A stretch of 64,000 nucleotides of DNA from the NCBI GenBank assembly GCA_964584265.1, contig CAZOZI010000002.1:2340-66339 (forward strand), written 5' to 3'. Position numbers and translations under genes: made by a program. This DNA comes from an uncultured Candidatus Saccharibacteria bacterium. GTDB lineage: Bacteria > Patescibacteriota > Saccharimonadia > Saccharimonadales > CAYVSP01. The number at the start of each line of letters is the position of its first letter. Positions within the stretch are counted from its first letter, which is position 1. The notes beneath the pieces are model-generated. The model was not told the DNA's origin and did no database searches. It saw nothing but the letters and a program-made list of their open reading frames with translations. Below, piece after piece: positions 45,690 to 56,198 of the stretch.

Positions 45690-46253
45690 ATGGCACATCC
45701 AAAGCAAATTACCTACATTAGTCTTGCAAAACTATACTTCAAAACTGGGCTTTCTGCTTTTGGTGGCTGGTCGACCACAGCGCTTTTGTTGGAAAAATCC
45801 TTAGTTGATGAGCGACACTTATTAACGAAGAGGCAACTCCAGGGTGCTGTTAGTTCAGGCCAGCTCTTGCCTGGTGCCGCGCAAGTTATTATTGCAGCGC
45901 AGACTGCCTATTACGTACGAGGGAAACGTGGCGCGTCGGTTGCTATGATCGCTTATTTGTTACCAACAGTAACGTTAACAATCATATTTTCTATTATTTA
46001 TTTCCATTTTTTACGCACGAGCAACTTTGCTAATTACACTCTTGGTCTGCAGGCGGCAGTGGGGGGCGTTATTTTAGGTAATGCATACCGTATCGGTCGC
46101 ATTCAAATTCAAAAAAAGTGGATGTGGCTAATAGCAGCATTAGCTTGTTTAGCCAAACTCGTTTTAGGTATACCTGTTATCGTGCTCCTACTAGCAGCCG
46201 CCTTTATTGGACTTATCTGCGTACCTTTACTAAAGAGACCGAGACATGCCTGA
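45690..46253 (+). CDS. chrA: Chromate transporter (CHR family), half-size subunit 1
   Basis: KLYFKTGLSAFGGWSTTALLLEKSLVDERHLLTKRQL is the CHR domain pattern. Confidence 0.8.
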   Translation: MAHPKQITYISLAKLYFKTGLSAFGGWSTTALLLEKSLVDERHLLTKRQLQGAVSSGQLLPGAAQVIIAAQTAYYVRGKRGASVAMIAYLLPTVTLTIIFSIIYFHFLRTSNFANYTLGLQAAVGGVILGNAYRIGRIQIQKKWMWLIAALACLAKLVLGIPVIVLLLAAAFIGLICVPLLKRPRHA

Positions 46254-46764
46254 ACAAATGCTACAGATCTTTGGGTACATGTTTTTAATTAGTCTGACGG
46301 CATATACGGGTAGCGCTCAAGCGCTTTTTTACGAAGTTGGCGTACAGCAAACACACTGGTTAATGCCTCAGGATTTCTCAACGTTCTTGGCCTTTGGTTT
46401 TGCAACACCAGGACCACAAGTGTTTACGATAGCAACTTTTATTGGCTACAGTGCAGGGGGTATCATCGGTGCTTTAGTAGCGACTATAGCCATTTTCATA
46501 ACGCCGATAATATTAGCTATTGTAGCTGGCCGCTACTTGAAAGGTTGGATTGAGGGTGAAAGAGCTGGTTATTTTGTGCAAGCTGTTGGTATAACAGCAG
46601 TTGGGTTATTAGTTGCCATAGGATTACGTCTACTTGGTGCGAATCCAATAACCATAGAATATGGCATTATTGCAGCATTATCTTTTCTGGCGGTTGGTTT
46701 TTGGAGAATAAACCCCTTTTTTGTAATAGTAATTGGTGGTTTGGCTGGTGTTTTTATTAAATGA
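46246..46764 (+). CDS. chrA: Chromate transporter (CHR family), half-size subunit 2
   Basis: Second CHR half-domain (TAYTGSAQALFYEVGVQQTHWLMPQDFSTFLAFGFATPGP). 8-nt overlap with subunit 1. Confidence 0.8.
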   Translation: MPEQMLQIFGYMFLISLTAYTGSAQALFYEVGVQQTHWLMPQDFSTFLAFGFATPGPQVFTIATFIGYSAGGIIGALVATIAIFITPIILAIVAGRYLKGWIEGERAGYFVQAVGITAVGLLVAIGLRLLGANPITIEYGIIAALSFLAVGFWRINPFFVIVIGGLAGVFIK

Positions 46765-47445
46765 CTATTCTTCGTTGTTGCTAGCTTGTTTGTTATCGGC
46801 AGATGGTTCTTCTTCAGTGCCTTCAGCGGCTTCTTCGCTGTCCTCTGTTTCTTCACCTTCAGCTTCTTCAGTTTCTGGTTCTTCTTCTTGAACTCTAGGT
46901 TCTTCAACCACGGCAATCATTTGCTCAGGATCATCTTTTATAGTCACTCCATCTGGCACACCAAGATCTGCAACTGTAACACGGTCACCAATCTCGGCCA
47001 ATCTAGCGCCATCGATAGTAAGCTCATCAGGTAGATCCCTAGGAAGTGCTTCAACCGTCACATGGTCAAGTGTTTTGAGTACCATAAGATTAGCCATTTC
47101 AGCTGGAATGTCGCCGGTTATGACAATCGGCACTTCGGCTTCAACCGCCTCATCTTGTTTGATTGCGTTAAACACCACATGTCGCAATTGGTGTTTTTTA
47201 GGGTCAAAGTCAACGTCTTTAATAAGCGCTAGGTGCTCGACCTGACCAACTTTGAGCGAAACCGGATGATGTTTGCCAGCGTGCTGGTAGGCTTTTAGCA
47301 TATTAAGGTACGGCGCCATAACATGCACAGACGCTTTACCGTGATCGTGGATGACAGCTGGCACTTGGCCGTCGCGGCGCAAATGCTTAACCGCCTTACC
47401 AACTACCTCGCGTTTTTCTAAGGTCAATGTAATATCTTCAGCCAC
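46765..47445 (-). CDS. rplY: 50S ribosomal protein L25 / general stress protein Ctc, acidic C-terminal tail
   Basis: LEKREVVGKAVKHLRRDGQVPAVIHDHGK...HVVFNAI matches L25/Ctc. Confidence 0.85.
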   Translation of the reverse strand: MAEDITLTLEKREVVGKAVKHLRRDGQVPAVIHDHGKASVHVMAPYLNMLKAYQHAGKHHPVSLKVGQVEHLALIKDVDFDPKKHQLRHVVFNAIKQDEAVEAEVPIVITGDIPAEMANLMVLKTLDHVTVEALPRDLPDELTIDGARLAEIGDRVTVADLGVPDGVTIKDDPEQMIAVVEEPRVQEEEPETEEAEGEETEDSEEAAEGTEEEPSADNKQASNNEE

Positions 47446-47528
47446 AAAAGAAATCTCCTAAAGTTTGGGCACATTATATCAGTTAGGACTGGATATTTAA
47501 AGGGTAAAAAGGTAGGCTTACATGGTAC

Positions 47529-48125
47529 ATGCCAGACGTTCAACACTTGATACAAAGCGGTGGTTTGCTTCTTGTTACAATCATCATTTTTGCCGAGTCG
47601 GGTTTGCTACTAGGCTTTTTCTTGCCCGGCGATACATTGCTTTTCAGCGCTGGGTTTTTTGCGGCCCAAGGTAAATTACCGTTTTGGTGGTTAGCTATCT
47701 TGGTTTTTTGTGCAGCCGTTGCGGGCTACTACGTTGGCTATGCAATCGGTAGGAAGTTTGGCCCGCGACTGTTTAGCAAACCTAACGGAGTACTTTTTAG
47801 ACAAGAATATCTAGTCCGAAGCGAGCAGTTTTACAAAAAGCATGGTGGTAAAACCGTTTTTCTGTCCAGATTTATACCTATAGTGCGAACTTTTGCTCCG
47901 GTCGTTGCTGGTATGGGCAAAATGGATATGAAGCGTTTCAACATGTTTAACATTTTAGGCGCATTTGTGTGGGGCATTGGTGTGCTTCTACTAGGCCATT
48001 GGCTTGGTAGCCGTATCCCAAACATTGATAGCTACATTTTGCCCGTTATCCTAGCGGCAATGGTTATAAGTTTCGGGCCGACGGTCTATCATCTCTTAAA
48101 AAGCATTTTTCAGCACAAAAGTTAG
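47529..48125 (+). CDS. dedA: DedA family membrane protein
   Basis: FAESGLLLGFFLPGDTLLFSAGFFAAQGKL and FLSRFIPIVRTFAPVVAGM are the DedA/SNARE-associated motifs. Confidence 0.85.
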   Translation: MPDVQHLIQSGGLLLVTIIIFAESGLLLGFFLPGDTLLFSAGFFAAQGKLPFWWLAILVFCAAVAGYYVGYAIGRKFGPRLFSKPNGVLFRQEYLVRSEQFYKKHGGKTVFLSRFIPIVRTFAPVVAGMGKMDMKRFNMFNILGAFVWGIGVLLLGHWLGSRIPNIDSYILPVILAAMVISFGPTVYHLLKSIFQHKS

Positions 48126-48697
48126 ATATCGTCATTGCTAACTAGAGTAAGGCCAGGGACCTCATGTTCAACATTAGCTTGGTAACCAAGCGTTCGCTGT
48201 GATAACAAAGGTGTGAACTCAGAAGCCGGTAGGAGCAAATCCATTAAGCGCAGTGTACGAATGTGATCCAATCGGCCATGGCAAATATAGTTGTAGATTA
48301 CACGATCCGTCATTGGAGCTGGGCGCAATAAATCAAGTCCGGAGTTTAGTAATGTCAAACGTTCGTTTTCCGTTTCATATGTTCTGGCAACAGTAGCTTG
48401 CATATTTGGTAAGGCTCGATCGAACTTCTGTTCAAGCGGGCTCAAGGGTCGCGTACCATCATCACTAGCAGGTTGGGAAAATCGGATGACGCCTTTGAGT
48501 CCATTAAGCATGAGAGTCTCCGCGTAAAGCAAAATTAATCGACAGCCGGCAGAATCAGTCGGATCCAGGTTATGAACTACGCGCATTCTATGTGGGTCAT
48601 GCAGCATCGTAGTACCAAGCAAATATCGTATATAGGCCTCGCTAGCTTGTATCTGTTCTGCCTCTGTTGGTATGAATTCACTATCAGGCAATGTCAT
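48122..48697 (-). CDS. Hypothetical protein
   Basis: 191-aa ORF immediately downstream of uvrA. No motif recognised. Confidence 0.5.
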   Translation of the reverse strand: MTLPDSEFIPTEAEQIQASEAYIRYLLGTTMLHDPHRMRVVHNLDPTDSAGCRLILLYAETLMLNGLKGVIRFSQPASDDGTRPLSPLEQKFDRALPNMQATVARTYETENERLTLLNSGLDLLRPAPMTDRVIYNYICHGRLDHIRTLRLMDLLLPASEFTPLLSQRTLGYQANVEHEVPGLTLVSNDDI

Positions 48698-48705
48698 AGT
48701 TAAAG

Positions 48706-51678
48706 TTATAAAACTTTTTTGAGAAACTGACCAGTATAAGATTTATTATTCCTCACAACTTGTTCGGGAGTACCTTTGGCAATTACTTCCCCGCCGGCGT
48801 CGCCGCCTTCCGGTCCCATATCAATTATGTGGTCGGCTGATTTAATAACGTCCAGGTTGTGCTCAATTATAATCATGCTATTACCTGCGTCGACTAGCGC
48901 GTGAAGAACATCTAGCAATTTTTGTACATCTGCCATATGTAGGCCAGTTGTGGGCTCGTCGAGAATATAGAGCGTGCGGCCAGTGGCTCGGCGAGACAGT
49001 TCAGTAGCTAGCTTCACACGCTGCGCCTCGCCGCCAGACAGCGTGGTGGCAGGCTGCCCAAGTGTTATATAGCCAAGCCCAACATCTACTAAAGTTTGCA
49101 GTTTTCGGGCAATGGCGGGTATGTTACTAAAAAAATCGAAGGCCGTTTCGCAGGTCATTGCCAGCACATCGCTAATAGTCTTTCCTTTATAGTGAATCTC
49201 CAGCGCTTCACGATTATAGCGTTTGCCCTTGCACTCCTCGCAGGGTACATAGACATCCGGCAAAAAGTGCATTTCAATCTTGATGATGCCATCACCGGCA
49301 CAGTTTTCACACCTGCCACCACGCACATTAAAGCTAAAACGCCCAGGGCTGTAGCCACGAATCTTAGCCTCTGGAGTACTGGCAAATAACTCACGAATTG
49401 GTGTAAATAAACCAGTGTAGGTAGCCGGATTGCTTCGTGGCGTACGGCCAATCGGGGATTGATCAATCACGATAGCTTTATCCAGTTGCTTAATGCCTTC
49501 AATGTCGTCATGGCGGCCCGGGACCACATTAGCCCGCATTAGCCTAGCTGAGAGTTCGTTGGCAAGAATATCATTAATAAGGCTCGATTTGCCGGAACCG
49601 GATACACCACTGACTACAATCAATAGTCCAAGCGGAATTTCAACATCAAGGTTCTTTAGGTTGTTTTCCCGTGCACCCTTAATAACAAGTGATTTGCCAT
49701 TACCCTTTCGACGCTTAACGGGTGTCGGGATAGTTTTGTCGCCGCGCAAGTACTGACCCGTAATACTTTGTTTAGATTTGGCAACATGCTGAGGCGTACC
49801 AACCGCTACAACTTCGCCACCATGGATACCAGCACCAGGGCCAATATCCAACAAATAATCGGCGGTTCGGATAGTCTCCTCATCATGCTCCACAACAAGC
49901 ACTGTATTGCCAATATCTCTCAGGTGCCTCAGGGTATTGATAAGACGGGCATTATCGCGTTGGTGCAAGCCAATTGAAGGTTCATCCAGCACATAGAGCA
50001 CACCTTGTAAACCTGAGCCAATCTGTGTTGCTAAGCGGATACGCTGCGCCTCACCACCAGACAGAGTAACCGCACTGCGCGCCAGATTGAGATAGTTGAG
50101 CCCAACATCTTTGAGAAATTGCAGACGGGCTTTAATCTCTTTAAGAATTTGGTGAGCTATTTTGGTTTCTTTTTCATTAAGTTTTACAGAGGCAAAAAAA
50201 GACACTGCGTCATCAATGGATAGTTCACAAATATCTGTAATGGAATAGTCATTGACGCTTACCGCTAGAACTTCTGGCTTAAGTCGTCGCCCTTCACAGG
50301 CATGGCAAGGCCGTTCTTGCATAAAGCGCTCAATATCGCGTCTAATAAAATCGCTTTCAGTTTCCCGGTGCCGCCGTTCCAGATTTGGTATAACACCTTC
50401 ATAAGTGGTCTCAAATGAGCGGCCTAAGCCTAAACTAACCCGAAATTTTTCATTGCCCGTGCCATACAGAATTTTATGAATCTGGTCTTTACTCAGCTCA
50501 GACGTTGGTACCTGCAAACTAAAGCTGTATTTATCAGCCACTGCTTGCAGCTTTTTGATGTACCAATTATCAACATTAATTCGGTTGTACGGGCGAATGG
50601 CGCCTTCAGCAATTGTCAGCCGGCCGTTAGGTATAACAAGATCCGGGTCAACTTCTAAGCGTGACCCCAAACCCGTACAGACTGGGCAGGCTCCGTGTGG
50701 GCTGTTGAAGCTAAAGGTGCGCGGTTCCAGCTCAGGTATGGCAATATCTGGGTGATCAAGACAGGCATACATAAGAGAGTAATTGATTAATTTATTGTTG
50801 TCGACATTGAGTACGTGGACTTTGCCTTCGGCAATATCCAACGCCTGTTCAACTGACTGGCTCAAGCGTCCTCGACTCGCGGCATCATTAACCAAGCGGT
50901 CTACTACCACCTCAATGGTATGTTTGAAGTTTTTATCAAGTGTTGGGAACTCATCAAGCGCATAGACCACACTGTCCACTCTTACGCGGGCAAAACCGGC
51001 TCGTTGGTATTGCTCTGGTATATGCTCAAAAGCGCCTTTTTTGTCTATGATCACCGGTGCCAAAATCATCAGTCTAGCTCCTCCAGCCGTGCTCGCCTGT
51101 CTGCCTGCCAAGCCGTCAGCACTGCGAGCACTCTTGGCGGATTGCTTCGTTGCTGGCTGTGCTACTCGTTCATCGTATTGTTGATACGTCTCTCTGCGTT
51201 GCTCGCCAGCGCCTTGCACTCCATCCAAGCTGGAAGAGCTGACGTTATTCCCAGCCACTATTTGGTCGACAATGGCTGCAGTTGTCTGCCGCGTCACGGG
51301 TTTACCGCAGACAGGGCAATGCGGGATACCAATGCGAGCAAACAATAGACGCAGGTAATCATAAATTTCAGTCACCGTTGCAACTGTGGAACGCGGATTT
51401 CGTGAGGTCGATTTTTGGTCAATACTAATAGCTGGGCTTAGGCCATCAATTTGATCGACATCGGGTTTCTCCATGAGACCCAAAAACTGGCGGGCATAGC
51501 TACTCAGTGATTCCACATAGCGGCGCTGGCCTTCAGCATAAATAGTGTCAAAGGCTAAGCTGGATTTTCCTGAGCCAGATAGTCCCGTAATTACCACCAG
51601 TTTGTTACGTGGAATCTCTACCTCAATATTTTTCAGGTTATGCTCACGCGCGCCTTTAACGACAATTTTCTCACTCAT
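48706..51678 (-). CDS. uvrA: Excinuclease ABC subunit A
   Basis: Two ABC ATPase modules ([18 protein letters not shown]; LSGGEAQR twice) and zinc-finger CxxC pairs. Carries a ~58-aa low-complexity insertion at residues ~143-201. Confidence 0.95.
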   Translation of the reverse strand: MSEKIVVKGAREHNLKNIEVEIPRNKLVVITGLSGSGKSSLAFDTIYAEGQRRYVESLSSYARQFLGLMEKPDVDQIDGLSPAISIDQKSTSRNPRSTVATVTEIYDYLRLLFARIGIPHCPVCGKPVTRQTTAAIVDQIVAGNNVSSSSLDGVQGAGEQRRETYQQYDERVAQPATKQSAKSARSADGLAGRQASTAGGARLMILAPVIIDKKGAFEHIPEQYQRAGFARVRVDSVVYALDEFPTLDKNFKHTIEVVVDRLVNDAASRGRLSQSVEQALDIAEGKVHVLNVDNNKLINYSLMYACLDHPDIAIPELEPRTFSFNSPHGACPVCTGLGSRLEVDPDLVIPNGRLTIAEGAIRPYNRINVDNWYIKKLQAVADKYSFSLQVPTSELSKDQIHKILYGTGNEKFRVSLGLGRSFETTYEGVIPNLERRHRETESDFIRRDIERFMQERPCHACEGRRLKPEVLAVSVNDYSITDICELSIDDAVSFFASVKLNEKETKIAHQILKEIKARLQFLKDVGLNYLNLARSAVTLSGGEAQRIRLATQIGSGLQGVLYVLDEPSIGLHQRDNARLINTLRHLRDIGNTVLVVEHDEETIRTADYLLDIGPGAGIHGGEVVAVGTPQHVAKSKQSITGQYLRGDKTIPTPVKRRKGNGKSLVIKGARENNLKNLDVEIPLGLLIVVSGVSGSGKSSLINDILANELSARLMRANVVPGRHDDIEGIKQLDKAIVIDQSPIGRTPRSNPATYTGLFTPIRELFASTPEAKIRGYSPGRFSFNVRGGRCENCAGDGIIKIEMHFLPDVYVPCEECKGKRYNREALEIHYKGKTISDVLAMTCETAFDFFSNIPAIARKLQTLVDVGLGYITLGQPATTLSGGEAQRVKLATELSRRATGRTLYILDEPTTGLHMADVQKLLDVLHALVDAGNSMIIIEHNLDVIKSADHIIDMGPEGGDAGGEVIAKGTPEQVVRNNKSYTGQFLKKVL

Positions 51679-51722
51679 AAAGTCGGGTTATTATACAGGA
51701 TAACAGAGAAAAATTCTAGTCT

Positions 51723-52337
51723 CTAGGGATTAGTGGCGCGGTCAACAATATCAGCACTGATACCATCCAATGCAACTTCACAGGGAATAATTAGACCTTT
51801 GGGTACCAACAGGTGGGGGTTTTCACTCTGCCCTTTCAAGATTCTCTCCAGATAGACATCACCGAACGTTATATGCCTATCAAAGTTTGCAAAATTAGGA
51901 GATGGCACATGGAATTCATCCAATACTTCACGTATTGCCGCCTCATCTTCATTTACAAGCTCGTTATCGTCAGCAATAACAAAGGCAATTTTGGCTGTAC
52001 CGAATTGTCGCCCTCGGCGAACCTGAGTACCATAGAGCCCTAGACCTTCTATTTCAATTGGAGTACCTTGAGGGCGTTTGTTTAGTCTCTCTTGCATAGC
52101 TTTCTCTAAATCTGCAAGGTCAATTTTTGCTCTCTCTTCTTTGGCCATGCGTATCCTGACTCTATGGAATTGGTTACCTGTCAATTCGCCTAATGCCATT
52201 GAACCCAATGAATGTGTAATACCTTTTCCTCGCAGGGCATAGCCAAAGAGATCTGTAAAGTCATGCATTGCTTCACTGTCTGTATTGACCCTTCGCTCTA
52301 CACGAAGTGTATCTTGTTGAGTGTATCTTCTCGTCAT
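51723..52337 (-). CDS. Hypothetical protein
   Basis: 204-aa ORF. A single H-I-T-F motif is not enough for a 2H-phosphoesterase call. Confidence 0.55.
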   Translation of the reverse strand: MTRRYTQQDTLRVERRVNTDSEAMHDFTDLFGYALRGKGITHSLGSMALGELTGNQFHRVRIRMAKEERAKIDLADLEKAMQERLNKRPQGTPIEIEGLGLYGTQVRRGRQFGTAKIAFVIADDNELVNEDEAAIREVLDEFHVPSPNFANFDRHITFGDVYLERILKGQSENPHLLVPKGLIIPCEVALDGISADIVDRATNP

Positions 52338-52405
52338 ATCAATTGTCTAATAAGCATTAATATAACATTTTAAACTACTTTCCAACACCCCACGCAAGTT
52401 TATAA

Positions 52406-53050
52406 CTAGTGAATTAATCGCTCAATAAAATGAATGGTCAAATCGCCGGTGCCAATAACGATACCAACTCCGACTGCTCCCACTAAACAACCGAACGCCA
52501 ACAAAGCTATATCTCCTAATATAAGCGAAAGAGCCACTATAACCGCCCCCATAGATGGCAGAGTATCAAGACCTGCGAAGGGTGGCGCCAAAAAGGCGCC
52601 TAGAGCAAATAAGAAAAATATCAACCCCAAAAAGCGTAGCGCCAATGGATGATTAATGACTTCTCCTAAGCGTGGTTTAGAATGACGCTCAAACCACTCA
52701 ATACGCTTGATCACAAATGGGATAAGCTTTTTTTGCATCGCTTTACCTAAGTGCATATCATTCCATTTGTTTGGCAGCCAAATAGTACGCTTGCCAAGCA
52801 TCAATTCAATAGACAGCAACATCACGATAAGCTCAAAAATGTGAGTAATGCCGCCAGTGGGAAGTGGTAAAGCCGGTAAAAACATCAATACCAACACCAC
52901 AATCGCAAAGCTCTTTTCGGCAAATACACTGGTGAGAGCGCGAATAGTTTTAGGGCTGCTACTTTTTAGCCAGTGTTCTAATTGTTGGCTAAATGTCTCT
53001 TGGTTCACACTTCTATAGTAGAGCACAAGGTGTTTACTACAAAGCTCCAT
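52406..53050 (-). CDS. ExoD-family (exopolysaccharide synthesis) membrane protein
   Basis: FAIVVLVLMFLPALPLPTGGITHIFELIVMLLSIELMLGKRTIWLPNKW matches the ExoD core pattern. I prefer the ATG at 53050 over the TTG at 53116. Confidence 0.65.
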   Translation of the reverse strand: MELCSKHLVLYYRSVNQETFSQQLEHWLKSSSPKTIRALTSVFAEKSFAIVVLVLMFLPALPLPTGGITHIFELIVMLLSIELMLGKRTIWLPNKWNDMHLGKAMQKKLIPFVIKRIEWFERHSKPRLGEVINHPLALRFLGLIFFLFALGAFLAPPFAGLDTLPSMGAVIVALSLILGDIALLAFGCLVGAVGVGIVIGTGDLTIHFIERLIH

Positions 53051-53295
53051 AATGCTATTGCTTAATAATATTTTTGATTTATTTGCGATTTTGTGTAAAA
53101 TAATTCTAAACTTCAAAAGGATTCAGGAAATGCTGAACTTTATCGTACTGGGACTCGTACCAGGCACCCACTTTCAAATCACCTTTGCAGGGCTTATCAC
53201 CTTCGTGCTGGTATTTACAGCCATTGCTATCACTTTTGTGGATACTAAACTACTGCATCATCTGCAACTGGCTAAAGCGCAAAGCGAACTTCCCA

Positions 53296-54738
53296 TTACT
53301 CATCCACGGTTGGCGCAATTGATTCAGCGTATAAGCGTAGTTCTTCAAGTACAAATTGCTCGTGTGAAGTCAAATTTGGTTCGTTGGCGAGTTGGCTAAG
53401 ACGGGTTGAAAAACGAGCCGCTCGACTTTTTTGATCACCACCAAAAATTCTATCAAATCGGTATTTCTCCCATATAGCCCTCTCTTCATCAGTCAAATAA
53501 TCTGAGAAATTACGGGCTTTATAAAGTGGTATAAGTGTTTGCAGGCGCATATCTTTAAACTGAGTCCGCAGTTCGCTGAGTTCTTCTGGCTTGGCAGTTT
53601 GTACATGATGTAACTCTTCCCTGTCACGGCGCTCAAAAAAACCGTCATAAAGCTGTTCATCAACGCTGCGCTCGTTTAGCAACAGACTAGTTTGTTGTTG
53701 TTGGTCAAGTATGTCTAGTGCTTGGCAGACTCGTTTTACCCAGTCTTTCATAGTTGTTAATTCTTGAGCGTGCATGTTAATAGCGTCAAGTTTAAGATTC
53801 AGCCGCTGTTGGCTATCTTTATCAAGCACGCTAAGTGGTGCAACCGCTGGACAGCGGTTAAATTGAAGTGTTTTGACCGGAAGCCTTATGCCTTCCTCGT
53901 TCCACTTACGCTTCCACGCTTCAGCCAGCTCTTGAACCGACATAGCTACAAATTGGCTGGGATCTTCGCGTAAGTCATAAACTAAAGCGCCACGCCCGTT
54001 AGGATGCTCTGCGATCATAATAGCAACAGTTGTTTTTTCAAATTCACTTGGATACTTGCCAGAGGTGTACATAAATGGCTGCTTACTCAGCACCAGCTGA
54101 GCAATTTTTTGCTTATTACGAAGCAGTAGCAAATACTGGAAGAGTTTTGGTTGTGTTTTACGTAAAAGCCGGGCGACTGCAATAGACGCCTCAACATCAT
54201 TAAGTGCATCGTGAGCGTGGTCGTGTCCCAGTTTATTAAGCGCTGTAATTAGTTCCAGGCGGTTAGTCGGTCTACCTTCCGCATCAAACGGCCATTTAAT
54301 ACCTTTTGGTCGAAGTGCTCGAGTCATGCGCACCACATCCAGCAAATCCCAGCGACTACGGCCATCTTTATACTGCCACTCATATGGATCGTAAAAGTTA
54401 CGGTAGTGTAGATAGCGCATAAATTCATCATCAAAACGCACTGAATTATAGCCAATAAAAATCGTGCCAGGCGTAACCACTTCTTCATGAAAACGTTTCA
54501 AGAAGTCAGCTTCTGATACTCCGGCTTGCAATGTTTTCTGAGGTGTAATCCCGGTTACTAAAATGGCGTCTGGGTCTGGCAAAATATCTTCAGTAATTTT
54601 TATAAGGCAATCCAGTGGTTTGCCAACTGGTTTAAGCTCCATGTCGGTACGCTGTCCGGCAAACTGCATAATCCGCGCTTCACGCGGGTTAAAACCGGTG
54701 GTCTCAAGATCATAAAAATAAAACGTCTGTTGTTTCAT
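53296..54738 (-). CDS. sbcB: Exodeoxyribonuclease I
   Basis: FYFYDLETTGFNPREARIMQFAG (DEDDh Exo I motif), YNSVRFDDEF, and HDALNDVEASIAVARLL. Confidence 0.85.
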   Translation of the reverse strand: MKQQTFYFYDLETTGFNPREARIMQFAGQRTDMELKPVGKPLDCLIKITEDILPDPDAILVTGITPQKTLQAGVSEADFLKRFHEEVVTPGTIFIGYNSVRFDDEFMRYLHYRNFYDPYEWQYKDGRSRWDLLDVVRMTRALRPKGIKWPFDAEGRPTNRLELITALNKLGHDHAHDALNDVEASIAVARLLRKTQPKLFQYLLLLRNKQKIAQLVLSKQPFMYTSGKYPSEFEKTTVAIMIAEHPNGRGALVYDLREDPSQFVAMSVQELAEAWKRKWNEEGIRLPVKTLQFNRCPAVAPLSVLDKDSQQRLNLKLDAINMHAQELTTMKDWVKRVCQALDILDQQQQTSLLLNERSVDEQLYDGFFERRDREELHHVQTAKPEELSELRTQFKDMRLQTLIPLYKARNFSDYLTDEERAIWEKYRFDRIFGGDQKSRAARFSTRLSQLANEPNLTSHEQFVLEELRLYAESIAPTVDE

Positions 54739-56009
54739 CAGTACTTGATTGTTTGATTATCAATAGTAATAGTTGCGCCTGGTTCAATTTTTTTACGTTC
54801 TAATTCATGCATAATGCCCATTTTGTGCATAATATCACGCAGCCGCGCCACACCTTGCGGATTGGTAAAATCGGTTCGAGCAGCAAAGCGTTCAATCTTG
54901 GGCCCCGTAACTTCGTAGCCAGTTTCTGTTTTGGTAACCCGCCAGGATTCGCTGTCATTGAGACGAAAAACGGGTAGTGCAATCTTGGGTTTTGTTTTTT
55001 TGGCCCGTTTGAGCTGCTGCTGATCAACAACTTTCTTAATAGCAAAAAGCATGTCCTTTACCCCTCCTTTACTCTGAGACGAAAACGCCAGTATTGGTGT
55101 TTTGGCTGGCACTACTTTCTTTAATTCACCTAACTTGTCGTCTATTATGTCTTCATCAAGACCGTCTACTTTGGTTAGTGCTACCAATTGAGGGCGTTTG
55201 CTCAAGTCCACATTATAATCGGCCAACTCTTTTTGGATAGTCTTATAGGCGCTTGGTATGTCCTCATTATAGATGTCAATTAAGTGCAGTAGCACAGCCG
55301 TGCGTTCAACGTGACGTAAAAAAGCGTCGCCCAGTCCTTTGCCCTGGCTGGCGCCTTCAATTAAACCAGGTATATCAGCAAAGAGCAGAGAACTGTTGCG
55401 AGCCAGATCAACTACACCAAGATTGGGAGTTAGGGTAGTAAATGGATAGTCGGCAATCTCCGGTCGGGCATTACTCACGGAAGCTAGCAGGGTAGATTTG
55501 CCGGCATTCGGCAGACCAATAATACCAACGTCGGCTATCATTTTTAGTTCAAATACGGCTGATAACTGTTCCCCAGTTTCCCCCTTTTCGGCTACCCGCG
55601 GTGTTTGGCGAGTAGAACTTGTGAAGTGGGCATTACCAAACCCACCCTTGCCACCCAGCGCAATTGTTGCTTCTTGTCCATCAGTTATTAAGTCGGCAAT
55701 CACTTGATCACTTGCGGTAACTATTGTACCGACGGGCACTGGGACAATAAGGTGCACGCCACTTTTGCCATGCTTTTTAGCCTTCCCACCAGCTTGGCCA
55801 TTCTCCGCCTTAAGCAGTTTCTTGTAGCGGAAGGCAGCCAACGTATTTTGATTACGGCTAGCAGACAAAATAACATCACCGCCATTGCCGCCGTCACCGC
55901 CATCAGGTCCACCCTTTTGGATAAATTTTTCATGGCGAAACGACAATTTGCCATTACCGCCATTGCCAGCTTGAATACTAACCTCAACCTTATCTACAAA
56001 CATACCCAA
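54738..56009 (-). CDS. obg: GTPase Obg/CgtA
   Basis: Glycine-rich Obg fold GGNGGNGKLSFRHEKF...GGPDGGDGGNGGDV, then G-domain GLPNAGKST, DIPGLIEGA, TKVD. Confidence 0.95.
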   Translation of the reverse strand: MGMFVDKVEVSIQAGNGGNGKLSFRHEKFIQKGGPDGGDGGNGGDVILSASRNQNTLAAFRYKKLLKAENGQAGGKAKKHGKSGVHLIVPVPVGTIVTASDQVIADLITDGQEATIALGGKGGFGNAHFTSSTRQTPRVAEKGETGEQLSAVFELKMIADVGIIGLPNAGKSTLLASVSNARPEIADYPFTTLTPNLGVVDLARNSSLLFADIPGLIEGASQGKGLGDAFLRHVERTAVLLHLIDIYNEDIPSAYKTIQKELADYNVDLSKRPQLVALTKVDGLDEDIIDDKLGELKKVVPAKTPILAFSSQSKGGVKDMLFAIKKVVDQQQLKRAKKTKPKIALPVFRLNDSESWRVTKTETGYEVTGPKIERFAARTDFTNPQGVARLRDIMHKMGIMHELERKKIEPGATITIDNQTIKY

Positions 56010-56198
56010 AGTTTCGCACCACTTTAGCCTGCTGTCCAGCGTAGCTGGTCACGCCGCTAAAGTTTTTGGCGCATTGCAGCGTCAAAAGTTGCGGTGCTCC
56101 TTCACCGTATAAGCAAATACGATTCAGTCCGCTTCTCACTTTTTCCTTGCACTGCACCCAAATGCGAAAGCTTTGGAGTCTGCTTGTGGGTAATGGGT

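Noticed and set aside
51723-52337. 2H phosphoesterase / LigT-like assignment
   Set aside because: Only one H-x-T-x motif (HITF) is present. The second candidate (THSL) does not fit the H-h-T/S-h pattern. The ORF is left as hypothetical.
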